Positions 50,166-63,239 of a stretch of 64,000 nucleotides of DNA are shown here, piece after piece. Both the position numbers and the translations under genes were made by a program. Each line of letters opens with the position of its first letter. Position 1 is the first letter of the stretch. The stretch is from Xylographa opegraphella (Eukaryota). The stretch is from positions 62,001 through 126,000 of the forward strand of contig JALDZX010000010.1 of NCBI GenBank assembly GCA_022813865.1. Reading direction: 5' to 3'. The notes under the pieces are model-generated. The model saw nothing but the letters and a program-made list of their open reading frames with translations. It searched no databases and had not been told where the DNA came from.

Positions 50166-52679
50166 ATGGCAGAGCTACCGAATAATATGCAGATTGTTGA
50201 CTTCAATAGTCCAGAGCGTACGAAACAGCTGGAGATTATTGACAAACTTCATGATCTTGGTGTAGGCAAGGAAATTAGTTTACCAGTGGTTGGTCATCTT
50301 TACTGAAGTTGGGTATCTGTACACTGATACTGACGTCTATAGCTTGTAGTAGTGGGCGATCAGAGCTCTGGAAAGAGTTCTCTACTTGAGGGGCTTACCA
50401 CACTGCCATTTCCTATTGCCAGTCAATTGTGCACACGATTCGCAACACAAGTTTCATTCCGTCGATCTGCCGTCAATGCCCACGATAAGATCGCTGTTTC
50501 GATAGTCCCCAGCAACAGATGCCGCGGATGATTACAAGGCCAAATTGTCCAGGTTCGCGCGGGAGGTAACGGTATTATCTTCCGAAAAGTTCAGTGAAAT
50601 CCTTGCGGAGGTATGGCATCCCCAATATCTCAAAGCGCACTGTTTGAGGATGATAGGCTGCTGTACTGATGGGTCTTCCCTCGACAACTGAGGAATCCGA
50701 GATAGCTTCGAAGCGGTTCTCCCGCGATGTTCTGAAAATCGAGATTGTGGGGCCTCAGCAGAATCACTTGAGCGTGGTGGATGTACCAGGTCAGTGTATC
50801 TCTTCCATTGGATCGTCAAGATCCTGCTGACAATTACGAAAGGGCTATATCACAGTCAGCCTCATAATACGCTACTCCCACTATCTTTCTACTAATCTCA
50901 GGCATAGATCCAATCAAAGCTCAAACCTCGGAGGATCTCGGGATCATTCGGTCGCTCATTGGCGAATACGTCAATGATCCTCGAACGATTATCATGTACG
51001 TATTGCCCGTGACCTGAACGATAGAAGGTAGCAAGCCTTGCTAATTATACCCTAAAGGGCTGTGCTCGATGCTAGAAATAATCTTGCGAACCAAGAAGTC
51101 TTCAAGATCGCTAAAAGTTCCGATGCTCTGGTCGCGCGGACTATCGGTGTCATGACAAAGCTTGATGCTTTGCAGCCAGGTGATGAGAAACCTGTATGGC
51201 AACTACTATGAATCTGTCTTGTTGCTAGCTAAATTGGTGTTAGATCATTGCAATTGCACGTAATGAGGTGGAGACTCTCAAGCATGGGTGGCACTGCGTT
51301 AGAAATAGGTCCACCCAAGATATTAATGATGGCGTGTCAGCCGAGGAGCGGGATAGAAAGGAGAAAGAATTCTTTTCTAAAGCACCATGGAACTCAATCG
51401 AGCCTCAGCGAACGGGTATTGCTCACTTGAAGACCAACTTGGGACGTCTGCTATCAAAACATATCGCACGAGAATTCCCTGATATTCGCAAAGAGATTGA
51501 CGCTCATTACGTTCTCAGCTGTAAGCAGCTTGAGAAGTTGGGTCCACCTCGACAGTCTACGCAAGAGCAACGGCAGCATCTGACCAAGATAGCAACTTTA
51601 TATCAGAGAGCCATTGAAGAGGTATCTAATGGTAGATATAGGAAGGCAGGCAATCACCCATCGAAATTGCGTATGCATTTACAAAATGCAAGCGATTGCT
51701 TCGCCCAGAACATGCAAACTAGTGGCAAAACAATGGAGTTCAAGTCCACGGACGACAAATTTGAAGAATTAAAAGTTGAGTCGGATGAATTGACAGAGAG
51801 TTGTTCAGGGGATGCCAATCTGTCAACTGAGGAGGATTTCGTCGAAGATGGTGCTGAGGTCAAGCCGTCAAATATGTACGAGGAAATTCATTTGCTGTGG
51901 CGCTCTGCGAGAGGCATAGAACTGTTCGGTAGTTATTCCTCGCTTCTTTCATCTTCACCAATGATTAACGACGCTGAGGACATGTGAACCCGTCAGTTGT
52001 GGAAACTCTCTTCAATTTTCAGACATCTAAATGGCCATTGCTTGCTAATAAGCATATGGAAAAGATTATCACGATCATTCAGAAATGCCACAACAATATC
52101 TTGAAAGAGACTTGCTCAGACGAGAGTATCCGAACCAGGCTCTGTGGAAAGATAGACCCGGATGCGGAGTCTGCGTTCGAAGCTGCACGGGCTGAACTGG
52201 CACACCTTCTGGTGGACGAGCGGGACGGCCCTCTGCTCACCAACGACCCCTGCTTCGCCGAGAATCTCGCCAAAGCACGGGCAGATCGCTTCGCTAACGG
52301 CCTCAAGAAACTCGGCTTGAAAGACAAGCAGCCTAACAATTACATCAACTATGACATCATCAAGAACGGCATCCGTTCCAGCAACGAACAAACAGCCATC
52401 TACGACATCCACGACACCCTGAAAGCATACTACGATGTTGCACTGCCGCGCTTTGTCGACAACGTGTCGAACCAGGTCGTGCAGCGCAGCCTCATGGGAC
52501 GCAAGGGACCCGTCAGTATTCTGACGCCGGAGTGGGTGGCCGGTCTCGATGCAGACGATCTGGTCGAGATCGCGGGCGAGAATCCGGCGACGTCCGCTCT
52601 GCGCGAGGAACTCAATGCCGCCATCGGACGCCTACAGAAGGCCAGGAAGCTCTGTTCCGGCAAGACCGACATCTCCTGA
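50166..52679 (+). pseudogene. Mx-like / fungal accessory dynamin-family GTPase with one frameshift (7 introns)
   Basis: G1 'VVGDQSSGKSS', G2 'CTRFAT', G3 'VVDVPG', G4 'TKLD' and GED-like 'AYYDVALPRFVDNV'. An extra C in the run at 50507-50510 leads to TGA at 50529. A 12-nt micro-exon lies at 50843-50854. Confidence 0.8.
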
Positions 52680-53976
52680 TCGAGGTCTCGCGTACGTCTG
52701 CTCTGGGCGAATGAGACCAAGCTCTTCACCAGGAGTCTCTGCAGGCTTTCCGGTAAGTGGAATCGATGGACATGGCCCGCGAAGGAGACTTCCGACGTTG
52801 GAAAGCAGACACTTACCGTGATGGGATCGCCGTGGCATCTGGCATGCCCGGTCTTCCTAACGTACATAGAAGCAGACGCGCTCTAATAACCATGTCCCTC
52901 GCAATCGAGACATTCGACCCCATCCGCAGGCGCCCCACCAGTAAACAAGTTAGCTAGACTGCAGCAAATGAGCATCCAGCCCTTATCGCCTTACAAACAC
53001 CGCTGTGAGGGCTTGACTGTAATACGTGACCAGACCTGTTTTCTGACCGGCGTCTTTCCCCTTACTATCACCTCACCCTTCCTTTTTCCTTTTTTCCTCC
53101 CATCATGCCTTCCTGACGTCTCGCATCCATACGCTTCCCGCCCTTACGCTGATCGCTCGTGTAGCACACACGGACCACCTGCGCTCTTCTCGTACACTTT
53201 CTACCGGTACATACTCTACCGGTACACCTACCCTCCACTCCCAACCCTCTCATCCCAGCTCCTCCTTTCTCTTCCTCCTCGCCCCTCCCCACCCCTCTCC
53301 CCCTCCCCCACGACCCCAACACAATCGCCGAATCCCAACATCTACTGCCTCCATGACGAAACCAACAGCCAAAAACTCCAAAAGGAGGAAGAGTGGTGGA
53401 GGGGTGCAATTAAATCCTCCATTGCACTTCACGTGATTGTGGTAGAAGGGTCGAAGGGAAGCCGTTGAGAAGGGGCGGCAGGGAGGTAGGTGTTGTACGT
53501 GGGTAGTTTTCGCTGCGGGTGGGGGGATTCTAGAGAGATATAGCGGGATGGCAGTAGCGGCATCACAGCTATAGTAAGGGAAAGAGGAGGCCGTTGAGTA
53601 AGATGCGGACGGGGCATTGGGATGCGTGGGTAAGGATACTAGCTGCGGTGTAGTCGAACAGGCTGGGGTCTCTACCGAGCCTTCACCATGGATTCTGATA
53701 TCCGCAGTATTAACAAGGACTTCTGAGATGTGCACTTCTGGAAACACGTCAATGCTTTTATTTATCGGCGGCCTGCCTAGGATATGCTAGTCGTGTCGGG
53801 CGCTAGAAAAGGGTACCCAAAGCCACAACGCGTGTGATACACTGTGGTGCAAACGCAACAGACGGCCCACCCGCTCGCTGGGAGAATTTCTCGAGATGAC
53901 GATGGAGACGAGGTGGGTGGGCAATAACAACGACCGCATTGTCCCCCGTACCATTGTCATCTCAAAGTTTTGCTCC

Positions 53977-55949
53977 TTACCACTGCTGATCGTCATCGTC
54001 GCCGCCGGCCGTGACAGCAGGAGCTACGTAAGCAGGAGTGCTGGACTCGAATCCTCCCGACGGGCCTGCGCCGTAATCACGACCACCGCTATCACTGGCT
54101 TCGTCTTTGGGTGGTGCCTTGCATCTCACTTTCGTATGACCCACTGCGACTGCTATCAGAAGTCATCTCCAAGGCATCAAATGGTATACTGACTCTCGTC
54201 GCAGTTGCTACATTTCACTTTGCTATAGTCCCGTGGTTTGGGACACTCCTTGGAAAAGTGACCCACTGGGAAATGTCAATAACTAGACAGTAACAACGAG
54301 AAAGGAGGAATATACTTACTATCATCGCAGTTGCGGCAAGTCACAGTAGCTGGATTGCGTGGCTTTTCGCACTCTTTGGACATATGTCCCTCCTCCCTAC
54401 GCAGATTTCAGTACGAGTTCGGGATACTTAGCCTCAGAGAAACGCTCACCCGCAATTACGGCAAGCTTGAGGAGGCTTGGTTGGGCAATCCTTTGCAAAG
54501 TGACCCACTACATCGGTATTAGCGTGAGCTGTTTACTTACTGTTCTGTTCTGTTCTGTTCTGCACGTACCCTCTTCGCAAACCTTGCACGTAACATTGGC
54601 AGCAGAACGAGGCTCTGGACAGTCTGTAGCCACGTGGCCCGATTGGCTACAAACATCAGTATCAATCTAACAATAGGCTTCGGGATTGTTCGACATACTT
54701 GCAATTGCGACATGCAAAGCGATCCTTGCGAGCCTGTTTACAGTCACGGGCACGATGGCCTACCTCCTCGCAGTTGACACATTTGACTCCGAGTTGTTCC
54801 CTCTCGACTTTTTCTTGTGGGCAGGCCTTTGCGATGTGACCAAGCTCTGTCTTCGTATAAGCCAAAATCATTCAAAGAAAATAATGTCAAACCTTCGCAA
54901 TTGGAGCATTTTGGGATACCACGCTCAACTGGGACACCGGCATCCTTGAGGCGAATCTGATTCTCTTCGGGATTTCGAGGCCAACCTTCCTTAAGAGAAG
55001 CACGTGGAGGCTTATCGCTGAAGAAGAACCCAACGTGGTACTTACAATCGAGCTTACCGCTAAGGTTCATCAGGGTATACGTATCGGTCATTTCCTTCTC
55101 CTGGATCCAATCCGTGTCAGCTTATACAAAGACAGCCAGTTGCGTGATCATGATCAGCTTACGTATGCGATGACATGCGTTTGGAATCCTAGATGGCGAA
55201 AGGAATTCTCGAGCTGATCATACGTAGTTTCAGGCACCGCTTTGGTGTACTCTTTGAGCGCGTCGCGGAAGTCGTCCAAATCGTGTTCCTTATCAGCAGC
55301 CAGGAGTTTATCCCAGGCCACTTCTGGCTTGAGATCTGCGATGCCTGTCATGTCGATTGCCCGGTTCTCTTTGCATTCGGTTACCTTATGCCCTTCTTTC
55401 TTGCAATTGCGGCATATCTCAGCGGGTTTATCTGGACATTCTGCAGCTGGGTGCCCCTGCTTGTCACAGATACGACAAATACCAGTGAACACTCTAGGAT
55501 TTGTGCAGTCGGCTTTCGAGTGCCTGTGTATCAATGAGCTTCCATGTCCAGAAGGGTAGCAGAGCAAAGCTTACCCTTCCTCGCCACAATTGAAGCAGGC
55601 CCCACCGCCACCGCCTCCCTTCCGCGGTTCGGGACAATCACGAGCGAAGTGGCCCTCTTCTCCACAGCTGTGTACACGGTTAAGAAAGTACAGGCCTCGA
55701 AAGGATGCTTACATACTTGCGGCAGGCACTGTCTCCACCACCACCACCACCACCACCACCATCTCCCTTACCGGTCTCTCCCATCATACGTGCATCGCCA
55801 CCAGAGTACTCTCCTCCATCTTTAGTGTCCCAGGAGTCGGTTGCCTTAGCGGCGACTGGGCCTGAAACTCATTTGGTACATCAGCCAAACATTTATCCAT
55901 TACCTCAAGGAATAAATACAATACCTTCAGCTCCATCATCCCAGGCCAT
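53977..55949 (-). CDS. Multi-zinc-knuckle (11 x CCHC) nucleic-acid-binding protein, CnjB/CNBP-like, 11 exons
   Basis: The spliced product has 11 CX2CX4HX4C motifs (e.g. CRNCGEEGHFARDC, CFNCGEEGHSKADC ... CSNCDEMGHTKVRC) in blocks of 4 and 7. All introns are GT-AG. Confidence 0.9.
54540..54562. repeat. (CTGTT)n microsatellite within an intron
   Basis: Directly visible as ctgttctgttctgttctgttctg. Confidence 0.8.
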
Positions 55950-56941
55950 GATGCTAACTTCTGTGATTAGTGTTATTCAGATGTATGGGCTTGAGAAGGT
56001 CAGTAAGTAGGTCGTGGAGCAGTAAGATTAATGAGGGAGAAGGGCGATAGGCACAGGCAGTGGAGCTTTGACGAGAGCACAGGAAATCAAAGATGTTGGA
56101 TCGACTCACTTGAGGACGTCTCCCACTGACCTTTCCTTTGAAGCTTACTCTTACAGAATAATTAGCCACCACACGGTCATGGGATGATAGGGAATGTTTG
56201 AATGCGAGAAGCGCACGATGAAAGGATGTGCGTACCGAATGACTTATCCGAAGACGCAGCTACCCTCGAGCAGTAGTTGGGTGAACGTGGATACAAACTT
56301 TAGTAAGTGGGAACAAGTGAGAGAGAACACAGCGAAGTGAAGAAGTGCATCTACCTTAGCGTGGGTCCAGACGTTCATTTACTCTCACTGAATGGAAACC
56401 CTTAGCGGCCCGCCTAAGGCGGATTCCAACACATTACGAGACAGCATACCGCCCACCGTAAGATCGGATTGTGCCATTGTTTATTACTACCCTCGACGCA
56501 TAGAGTCAGGGGTCGCCTGAGTGTGCGACAGAAGCACGAGCTAAGACGACTGCACGAGCAAGCATCCGTAACAAGTTCTGGAACATTAGGCTGTCCAGTA
56601 TCAGCGCTGAACAGCAAAGCGTACCTTTAGCGGAAGCTATCGTGGTTGTAGAGCTAGGGGAAAGGACATCATATTGATAAAGCTTAAAAGATAGTAGATT
56701 GATACAATAGTTCTTCCTCTGCTGGTGTGCGAAGGAGTTCATACACTGCTTCCATAGCCAGCTTCAGATTCGAGGGTATCACAACGTCTTGCTCCATTTG
56801 GCACAGACGGTATAACAAACTTGAGGCAGGGTACTTGAGATGCCCACTACCAATTCAGGGGAATCATCGCGAAAACGCTGAATCCAGAGAACAAACTCTT
56901 CCTTACAAGCAATGATATTCGAACAACTCCCCATTTCCGTG

Positions 56942-59088
56942 TCAACGCTCGACCGGTCGGTTCATATGATTGTTATCAATAGCATCATTAGGACCTTTTA
57001 GAGAGTCAAGGTTGCCAATACCATCAGGATCATTTGTTGGCTGCAGAGTATGGTCACCATTTCTCCCATTGGCATTTGGGAGGCCATCAACTCCGTGAAT
57101 CTCCTGATCGATGGTACTACTAGCTATCCTGACGTCTATTGGAAAATTCGTAGGAAGAGTGCCTAGAGCTCTTTGTGCGCTGTCCAGGATTTCGGTGGCT
57201 TGCAAAAGCCGTCCCTCAGCTTCCATAGCTTCATTTACGACATTACTGATCACCTTGCCAATAGCTTTCATGCTCAAGTCCTCTAAGTCATGACTGAGGC
57301 GATCAAGCTTTCGTGTCAGTCCAATATACGCAGATTTTGCGCGGGAAATCGGCTCCACTGTTGAAGCCTGGAGTCCTTTTAGTTGTTGTATTTTCTGCAT
57401 CATCTCCATTCTTGCCTGCTCGGAAAGTCTCAGTTGCTCCTCTTTGTTCGAAAGCTGCTCCTCTAGCTGTGCTGAGGAATCCATGGCGGCGCTCGGTCCT
57501 CCAGGAAGAGCTATGTACTTGCGAGTGACCTCCTGTAATTCGTCTCGTAATGATTGGAGCTCTTCCGCATACGAGTGGTCCTTATCGTCCCGTTCTTTCT
57601 GTAGATTCTGAATGACCCTGTTAAGGGCTTCTGTCTTGAGAACGAAGAGGTCACCACGCTTCTTCTGCTCTCTTTCATAATCCCGCTTTCTGGTTTGCAA
57701 CTCATCCGCTTGCTGCCGCTGCATGAATTTTACCGTTTCCGCATGCTCATAGCTGATGTCGCGTAGCCTCTCTTCGTAGTCGTAGGCGCGCTTGTTCGCT
57801 CGGGAGACCGATGCTTCGAAGATTTGCCTTTGCGAAGATCTCTCCTTTTCATAACACATGCTTGTTGCATATGCCTTTTGACGACCTCGTTCAAGGAGAT
57901 CAAGAACTTCATCCTCGTCAAGCATCAAGTTGGAGAAGGTAACAACGGCGGCTGATGATGGACCTGAGGCTTCAAACTCGTCGCCGGTTCTGGGAGAGTG
58001 CTTCAATCGCTTGTTGGGATACGATGCTTGATTAGCGGTAAAATCATCATCTTCATTGCTCACACTCTTTAGCGGAGAATTGGGACCATTGGACCGCACT
58101 ACATGCGTTGACTGCTGGTAACCAGCCGAGTTGGGGAGATTTGGAAACGTGACAATCTTAGACTTTTGAGGTCGGAACAGTGGATCGGTAGCGCTCCGGA
58201 CGGGTAATGGCGGACGAAATGTCTAGATTGCCTTAGCCTGCATGGACTGCAACAAACCAGCTGCCTGGAAGACGTACTTGAGGAATGTTTGCTTGATCCG
58301 GTTGCCGGTGGTTTATTTCTGCATCGTCGCCGTCCCCAAACTCTCCTAGTCCTGATTCTTCAAAATCCTCATCCTGGGTATCGTCATCTTCCTCAGGCTC
58401 TTCCCATTCCAGTTTCTGCTTATTCACCGATGCCCATTTTTCCCCAGACGGAGTCTTTCGCTTCCGCCCACGGCGATTTGACACCCAAGTACCTTCCGCC
58501 TGCACGATTCAGTGAAAGGTCTTATCGAAGTTTATAAGCATCAAACTTACCACTGCCCTTTGTTTCTTCATCATCTGTTTACCATGAGTCAACATTTGTC
58601 AAATCTGTAAGGGACCGAAAACCTACAGAATATTGTTGTTGCATGGCATGCCGTGACCGGTTGGGGTAGTCCTAGTGTATGGCAAGTCAGCCAATCCAGT
58701 AAGACAAGGGCAACTTCTCAAGGCTAGCGGAGTGATAGTAGACTGTAAAGATCGAGCTGAAATATGAGCGACACAGTTAAAGTGAAAAAAGTGAGGGGTC
58801 AGGCATGGAGGGTTCTGTATATACGCGAAGAGCCTTGGGGTCCAATGAGAAACTGTGAGTGGTACTATGATTTTCTGATTACGCGCCGGAGCCAGAGTGG
58901 AAATCGCAACTCACAGGACAGATAGTCTCCCAACCTTCGCCAGCTTCGCGTCGATTGAACACATCCTCACGAGCTTGCTCAGTCCACACGTTACCAGGCC
59001 GGCGAGGACCGCCGTTGCCACCGCCGACCGATTCATCCGCGTTCTGTACAGCGGCTGGCGTACCCTGAGCGGCGAAGGGTGTCTCCAT
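56942..59088 (-). CDS. Hypothetical nuclear protein with Myb/SANT-like N-terminus and coiled-coil C-terminus, 5 exons
   Basis: Spliced 'VWTEQAREDVFNRREAGEGWETICPDYPNRSRHAMQQQYSMMKKQR', a basic 'RRGRKRK', an acidic tract and heptad-rich ORF 56942..58099. Four in-frame GT-AG introns. Confidence 0.7.
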
Positions 59089-60011
59089 ATGGTTGCTCGA
59101 TCCTGCGATGGATGTCAGCAATATCGCGTTGAGCGCAATAGAGCAGGAAGCAATCGGTACCGAAAATACCAAGTAATGGAAGACCTTAATCCAGTGGACT
59201 CGGACGTGAGATGATGGTTTGAGAATCAAGTCTGTTGGTGCTTATCGTAATATCATTGGAGTGATGAATTCTCCCGTGGGTACCAGCACCGGCATAAGAT
59301 AAGCCAAACAGGTCCGCAATTAAATATACAGAAGTGAACTCAAACATCGATTCAGTACGAAAGAGAGGGGTCGAAAGAAGCCACCGTCGTGAATTGCGAT
59401 CAAAAAAGCCCGTCCAAGAAAAAGGTGGATATCTGCGCAATTTGTGTACCTCGAGACCCTAAAGCAGAACAATGATGCTATGAAGAGAAATCACGAATTA
59501 TAATAGGCTCTGGAGAGTGAACAGGGGCGGGAAAGCGGATGCACTTCGCAATCTGGGCATGCACGGAGAAAATACTGCGGTCTACGGACGAGGGTGTAGA
59601 GAAGATGAATGAGAAAGATTGAGTCGTGATGAGTCGTCGTTCGTCGTACTGACTTTCTCTAGTGGAGAATAATGAGATTACCATCAGGAGAGTAGCTGCA
59701 CGCCAAGCCCGATCGTCGCTATTCTAAGAAACGCGCAACGCCGAAAGTCAGCACAAGCTTCAAGCCACGTATGATTAGGCCCTTTCAGAGCCTGGGTTGG
59801 CTGCAAACTTCGTTGAGTTTTTTACCTTAGAATAGTAGTCTACCTTACCTAATAGTGCACGGAGTACGGGTATGGTCGTATGAAATGCTGCATTAAACTT
59901 CTGTGGAAATCAGGTGATTTAATGTAGATAGTTGGAAGGTAAGGTATTCCTTGATGGATGGATCATTTTACGCATCAACTAAAATCTGCACGCCTGATGA
60001 GTTCATTCAAT

Positions 60012-60985
60012 TCATTTCCCGCCACTCATGGCCTTGATCATGCCGTGGAACGCCTTCTGTCGCTGCGCTTCCCACGTATCGAAGGACTGCTTCGCCGTGC
60101 CGACCGCGACTTGCTCGCTGCCCGCGGCCAGGCCAGCATATGCTTCGTTCGTGAAATCCGCCAGCGGCATCCCAATCTGCGCACCGTTCTTGATGTCTGG
60201 CTGGTGCTTGGCGTCGTGCAACTCCGCTGGCTTGTGTTAGATAGTCGACCGGGACGTTCGTCTATGTGAAACATCACTTACTCTGGACGGCCGGAGGGAA
60301 CAGCTCGATAACCTTGACCTTGGTGTCTTTCATCTGTTCGCGCAGAACCAAGATCCAATGGTGTAACGCGGCCTTACTGGCGCAGTAATTGGCGCATCGC
60401 AGCATGGGGACTAATGCCAAGCCACTGGTGGTGCTAGCCGAGGTGCAATCAGTAGCGCTCGCAATCCTCGCTTTCACGGGCTGCGACTTACAAAATAAGA
60501 GACGACTCCGCTTCCTTGCTCATGAGGAACGGCAGGAATGCCTTTGTCAGAGCAAGGTACGAGAGGTAATTGGTAGTGTATTCGGTTTGAATGCTCGACA
60601 TGTCCACTGACTCGGGCTTCGAGAAATCGAGGCCCCTTTGAATGCCCGAATTCATGAAGACACAGTCGAGGTCGGGAAAGGAACTCGTGATACTGTGACC
60701 CAGTGTCAGCTAACTTTTCAATCTGTCGAAAAGAAGACTCCAAAGCGCAGTAAGTGCTCAAGCTTACTTGGTCACGAAATTGGGGATTTTGTCCATTTCG
60801 GTGATGTCGAAGGGAACGGCGGTGGCATTGTCCTTGCCATGCTTGTGGACGAACTCTTCAAGTTTGTCCTTCCGTCGCCCCACGACGATGACTTTGGAGC
60901 CTTCTTCGACAAAGCGAGCTGCAAGAGCTTCCCCAATACCTGAAGTCCCACCAATAACCAGAACTCTTTTGTATTGGAAAGGCAT
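60012..60985 (-). CDS. Short-chain dehydrogenase/reductase (DltE-like), 4 exons
   Basis: 'VIGGTSGIG', 'NSGIQRG', catalytic 'YCASK' and 'ELFPPAVQTELH'. Confidence 0.9.
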
Positions 60986-61782
60986 GTTGATGATATTATT
61001 GCATTGATAGACTATTGTTTGATCTGCTCAAACGCAGAATTGGAATTTGGCGACGTATATAAAGCCTAGACCGGTTAGTGATAGAAGCCGTGTTTGGTGG
61101 CCGAGGGGCGCACCCTCGTTTGTAAAGTCTGATAAATATGATGATGTAGTTCAGAACGCTAGCACTTTTTCGCAATCGAGACACAAGCGATAAACTCGAC
61201 TTCGATCGCCAACGATTACCGACAACCTCGAAGACAATGGAGACGAGAGAGCCGATAGGAGAGATATATACAGACCATTCATTATGTATTGAAACTTCCT
61301 GTAACAGTCACGGAAACCCGAAATGCTTTTTTCAGGCTCTTCCATATGCACACAGAAGCGTTCTTGCAGGCCAGCTTCGAAGAATTCCCTGCAAAAGTTT
61401 GGGAAAGCTTCTGTCTACACTGGATTCTGTGCACCTGCAGTCAAGCTATGGCCTGCAATAGCCTGGAGATAGATCAGTATCCAGCCACGTATAATCTGAC
61501 CGATGCCCTGGGTGATCGAGAACGCAGTCGCAGCGGACACATTGGCGATAGTTTAACATTATGATAGCAAGATTGAACATAAAATGCGGATCTCACGATG
61601 ATGCAGTACGTGTAGGAGAATTGGAGAATTGGGCGGAAGTTCGTTGATTGCACACACATGATGACTCTGATGGAGAAACAAATTCCAACAACGCCTTGCT
61701 CGAACTCCTCGGCTTGAATATTCTTTGTCACCTCTCGCGCTCACGAACCGCAACACCGATCGTATGAACACATACAACAGAA

Positions 61783-62637
61783 CTAGAAGATGCTGCCGAC
61801 TATCTTGCCTCCAATACTAGCACCGGCACCGAATATAGCTATTGACCAGTATTAGCCATTAATATTACAACTGCACACCCACCGCCCCACAAGTGAGGGT
61901 CTAGAGAATCCCATTGACGATGCTCGAGCCTAGAGTGGCCCCTGCCCCAAATATCGCTGCCAAACCCGTCAGGCACCACCTCACTGAGATATACGAAAAG
62001 AAAAGTTCTGTCAAAACATACCTGCATTTCCAAGCTTCTTGCCAAACTTCTTGCCGTTCTCATCAAATTTGCTCCGTCCTGCACCATCACCTCCCGCCCC
62101 ACTTTGGCTGACGGTCAATGGCATGTTCCCATAGTTATTGTTTTGCTGTGGAGTTGGGGGTGGCGGAGCTGCTGCTCCGGCGTTCTTGTCTTCGAGGATG
62201 TTCACATAGCTGCGTGGAAATATACCCTCGTGGCCGGTTCGTTCGTTATGACCTTTTGCCCAGTCGGCATTCATGAACTCGAGGACCTGTATACGGTCGT
62301 TTGGAAGAAGTGCCAAATCTCCGGTATCTGTAGGCGCATACGCGTATAGAGCCGAGGCTCTGGCGAGACATGGTGGACTTGCGTAGGCAGGCGGTGGCAC
62401 GGGCGAAAGACTGGGCGAATAGAAACTTGAGGGTTGCTTCTCAGATATCGACAGATTGCCGAGGCTGGTGGTGGGAGGTTGCGTGGTAGCAGAGGCCGAC
62501 GAAGAGGGATCTGGAAGCAGAGCTAAGATAGAAGAGAGCTGCGAAGCACTGAGGAGCGAGGTGTCCGCAAGAAATTCGAGTTCAGTACGAATAGTGCGGA
62601 GGGAGCGATTAGCTATCGCTTTGGTCGTCGGGTCCAT
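61783..62637 (-). CDS. SH3-domain protein of the Pin3/Lsb1 family, 2 exons
   Basis: SH3 'ALYAY...DLAL...WAKG...GIFPRSYV', a PPAY motif and the family C-terminus 'GKKFGKKLGNAAIFGAGASIGGKIVGSIF*' after splicing. Confidence 0.9.
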
Positions 62638-63239
62638 ATTAGATCCGATGGTGCAATTTCCGGTAACTACGTTGAAGCAAGCAGATTGGAAGTTTGATAT
62701 GGCAGATACACGAGTTGCGATGTCTTGTTGTAGATGTGAAGAGTGGAAAGAATGAGGACTCGCGTCTCCCTACTGACTGAATAATGGCCAGGTACTTGCC
62801 TATGGCTGTGCACGCTGTTCCTGTTCCTGGTGCAGTGAGGCGCAGCGATCAGCTTAGCCCTGTCCCGATCCGGGATAGCCGCCTTTGCACGTGCCCTCAT
62901 GGAATCGATGGCGGGGTCGTTGCCGGATGGCGTCCCGATTGACCGCAAGAAGACGGCCTCCGCAAATCTTTTGCGACGTGGAGGGGTTCCACTCCACTAA
63001 AATTTGGGGATTCGCAATCAGTTCTGCCTGCGGTATTCGCCTCTCCGAGCGGGATCAGGAGAATTTATTCTGGAACTATAGGATTTACAGCCTAATTGCA
63101 GGCGGGATCGGCCCCACGTCATGTCGCGGCGCAAGTACTTAACAGCAATGGATGCTTCCACCCTTCCCACTCTTCCCCAAGCTTTCATTACATACACAAG
63201 TATTGTCAATTCAGCGAACCTATCAAATCACACTTCAAA

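Noticed and set aside
55735..55762. (CCA)n repeat and the poly-His/poly-Pro ORFs on the + strand
   Set aside because: It is the reverse complement of a poly-Gly (GGT) tract in the zinc-knuckle gene.
53977..55949. CCHC knuckles as a retrotransposon Gag
   Set aside because: The gene has ten spliceosomal introns and no protease, RT, integrase or LTRs, so it is a cellular gene.
56399..56422. Imperfect inverted repeat CCTTAGCGG...CCGCCTAAGG
   Set aside because: It is a single short hairpin with no partner copy or target-site duplication, so no function can be supported.
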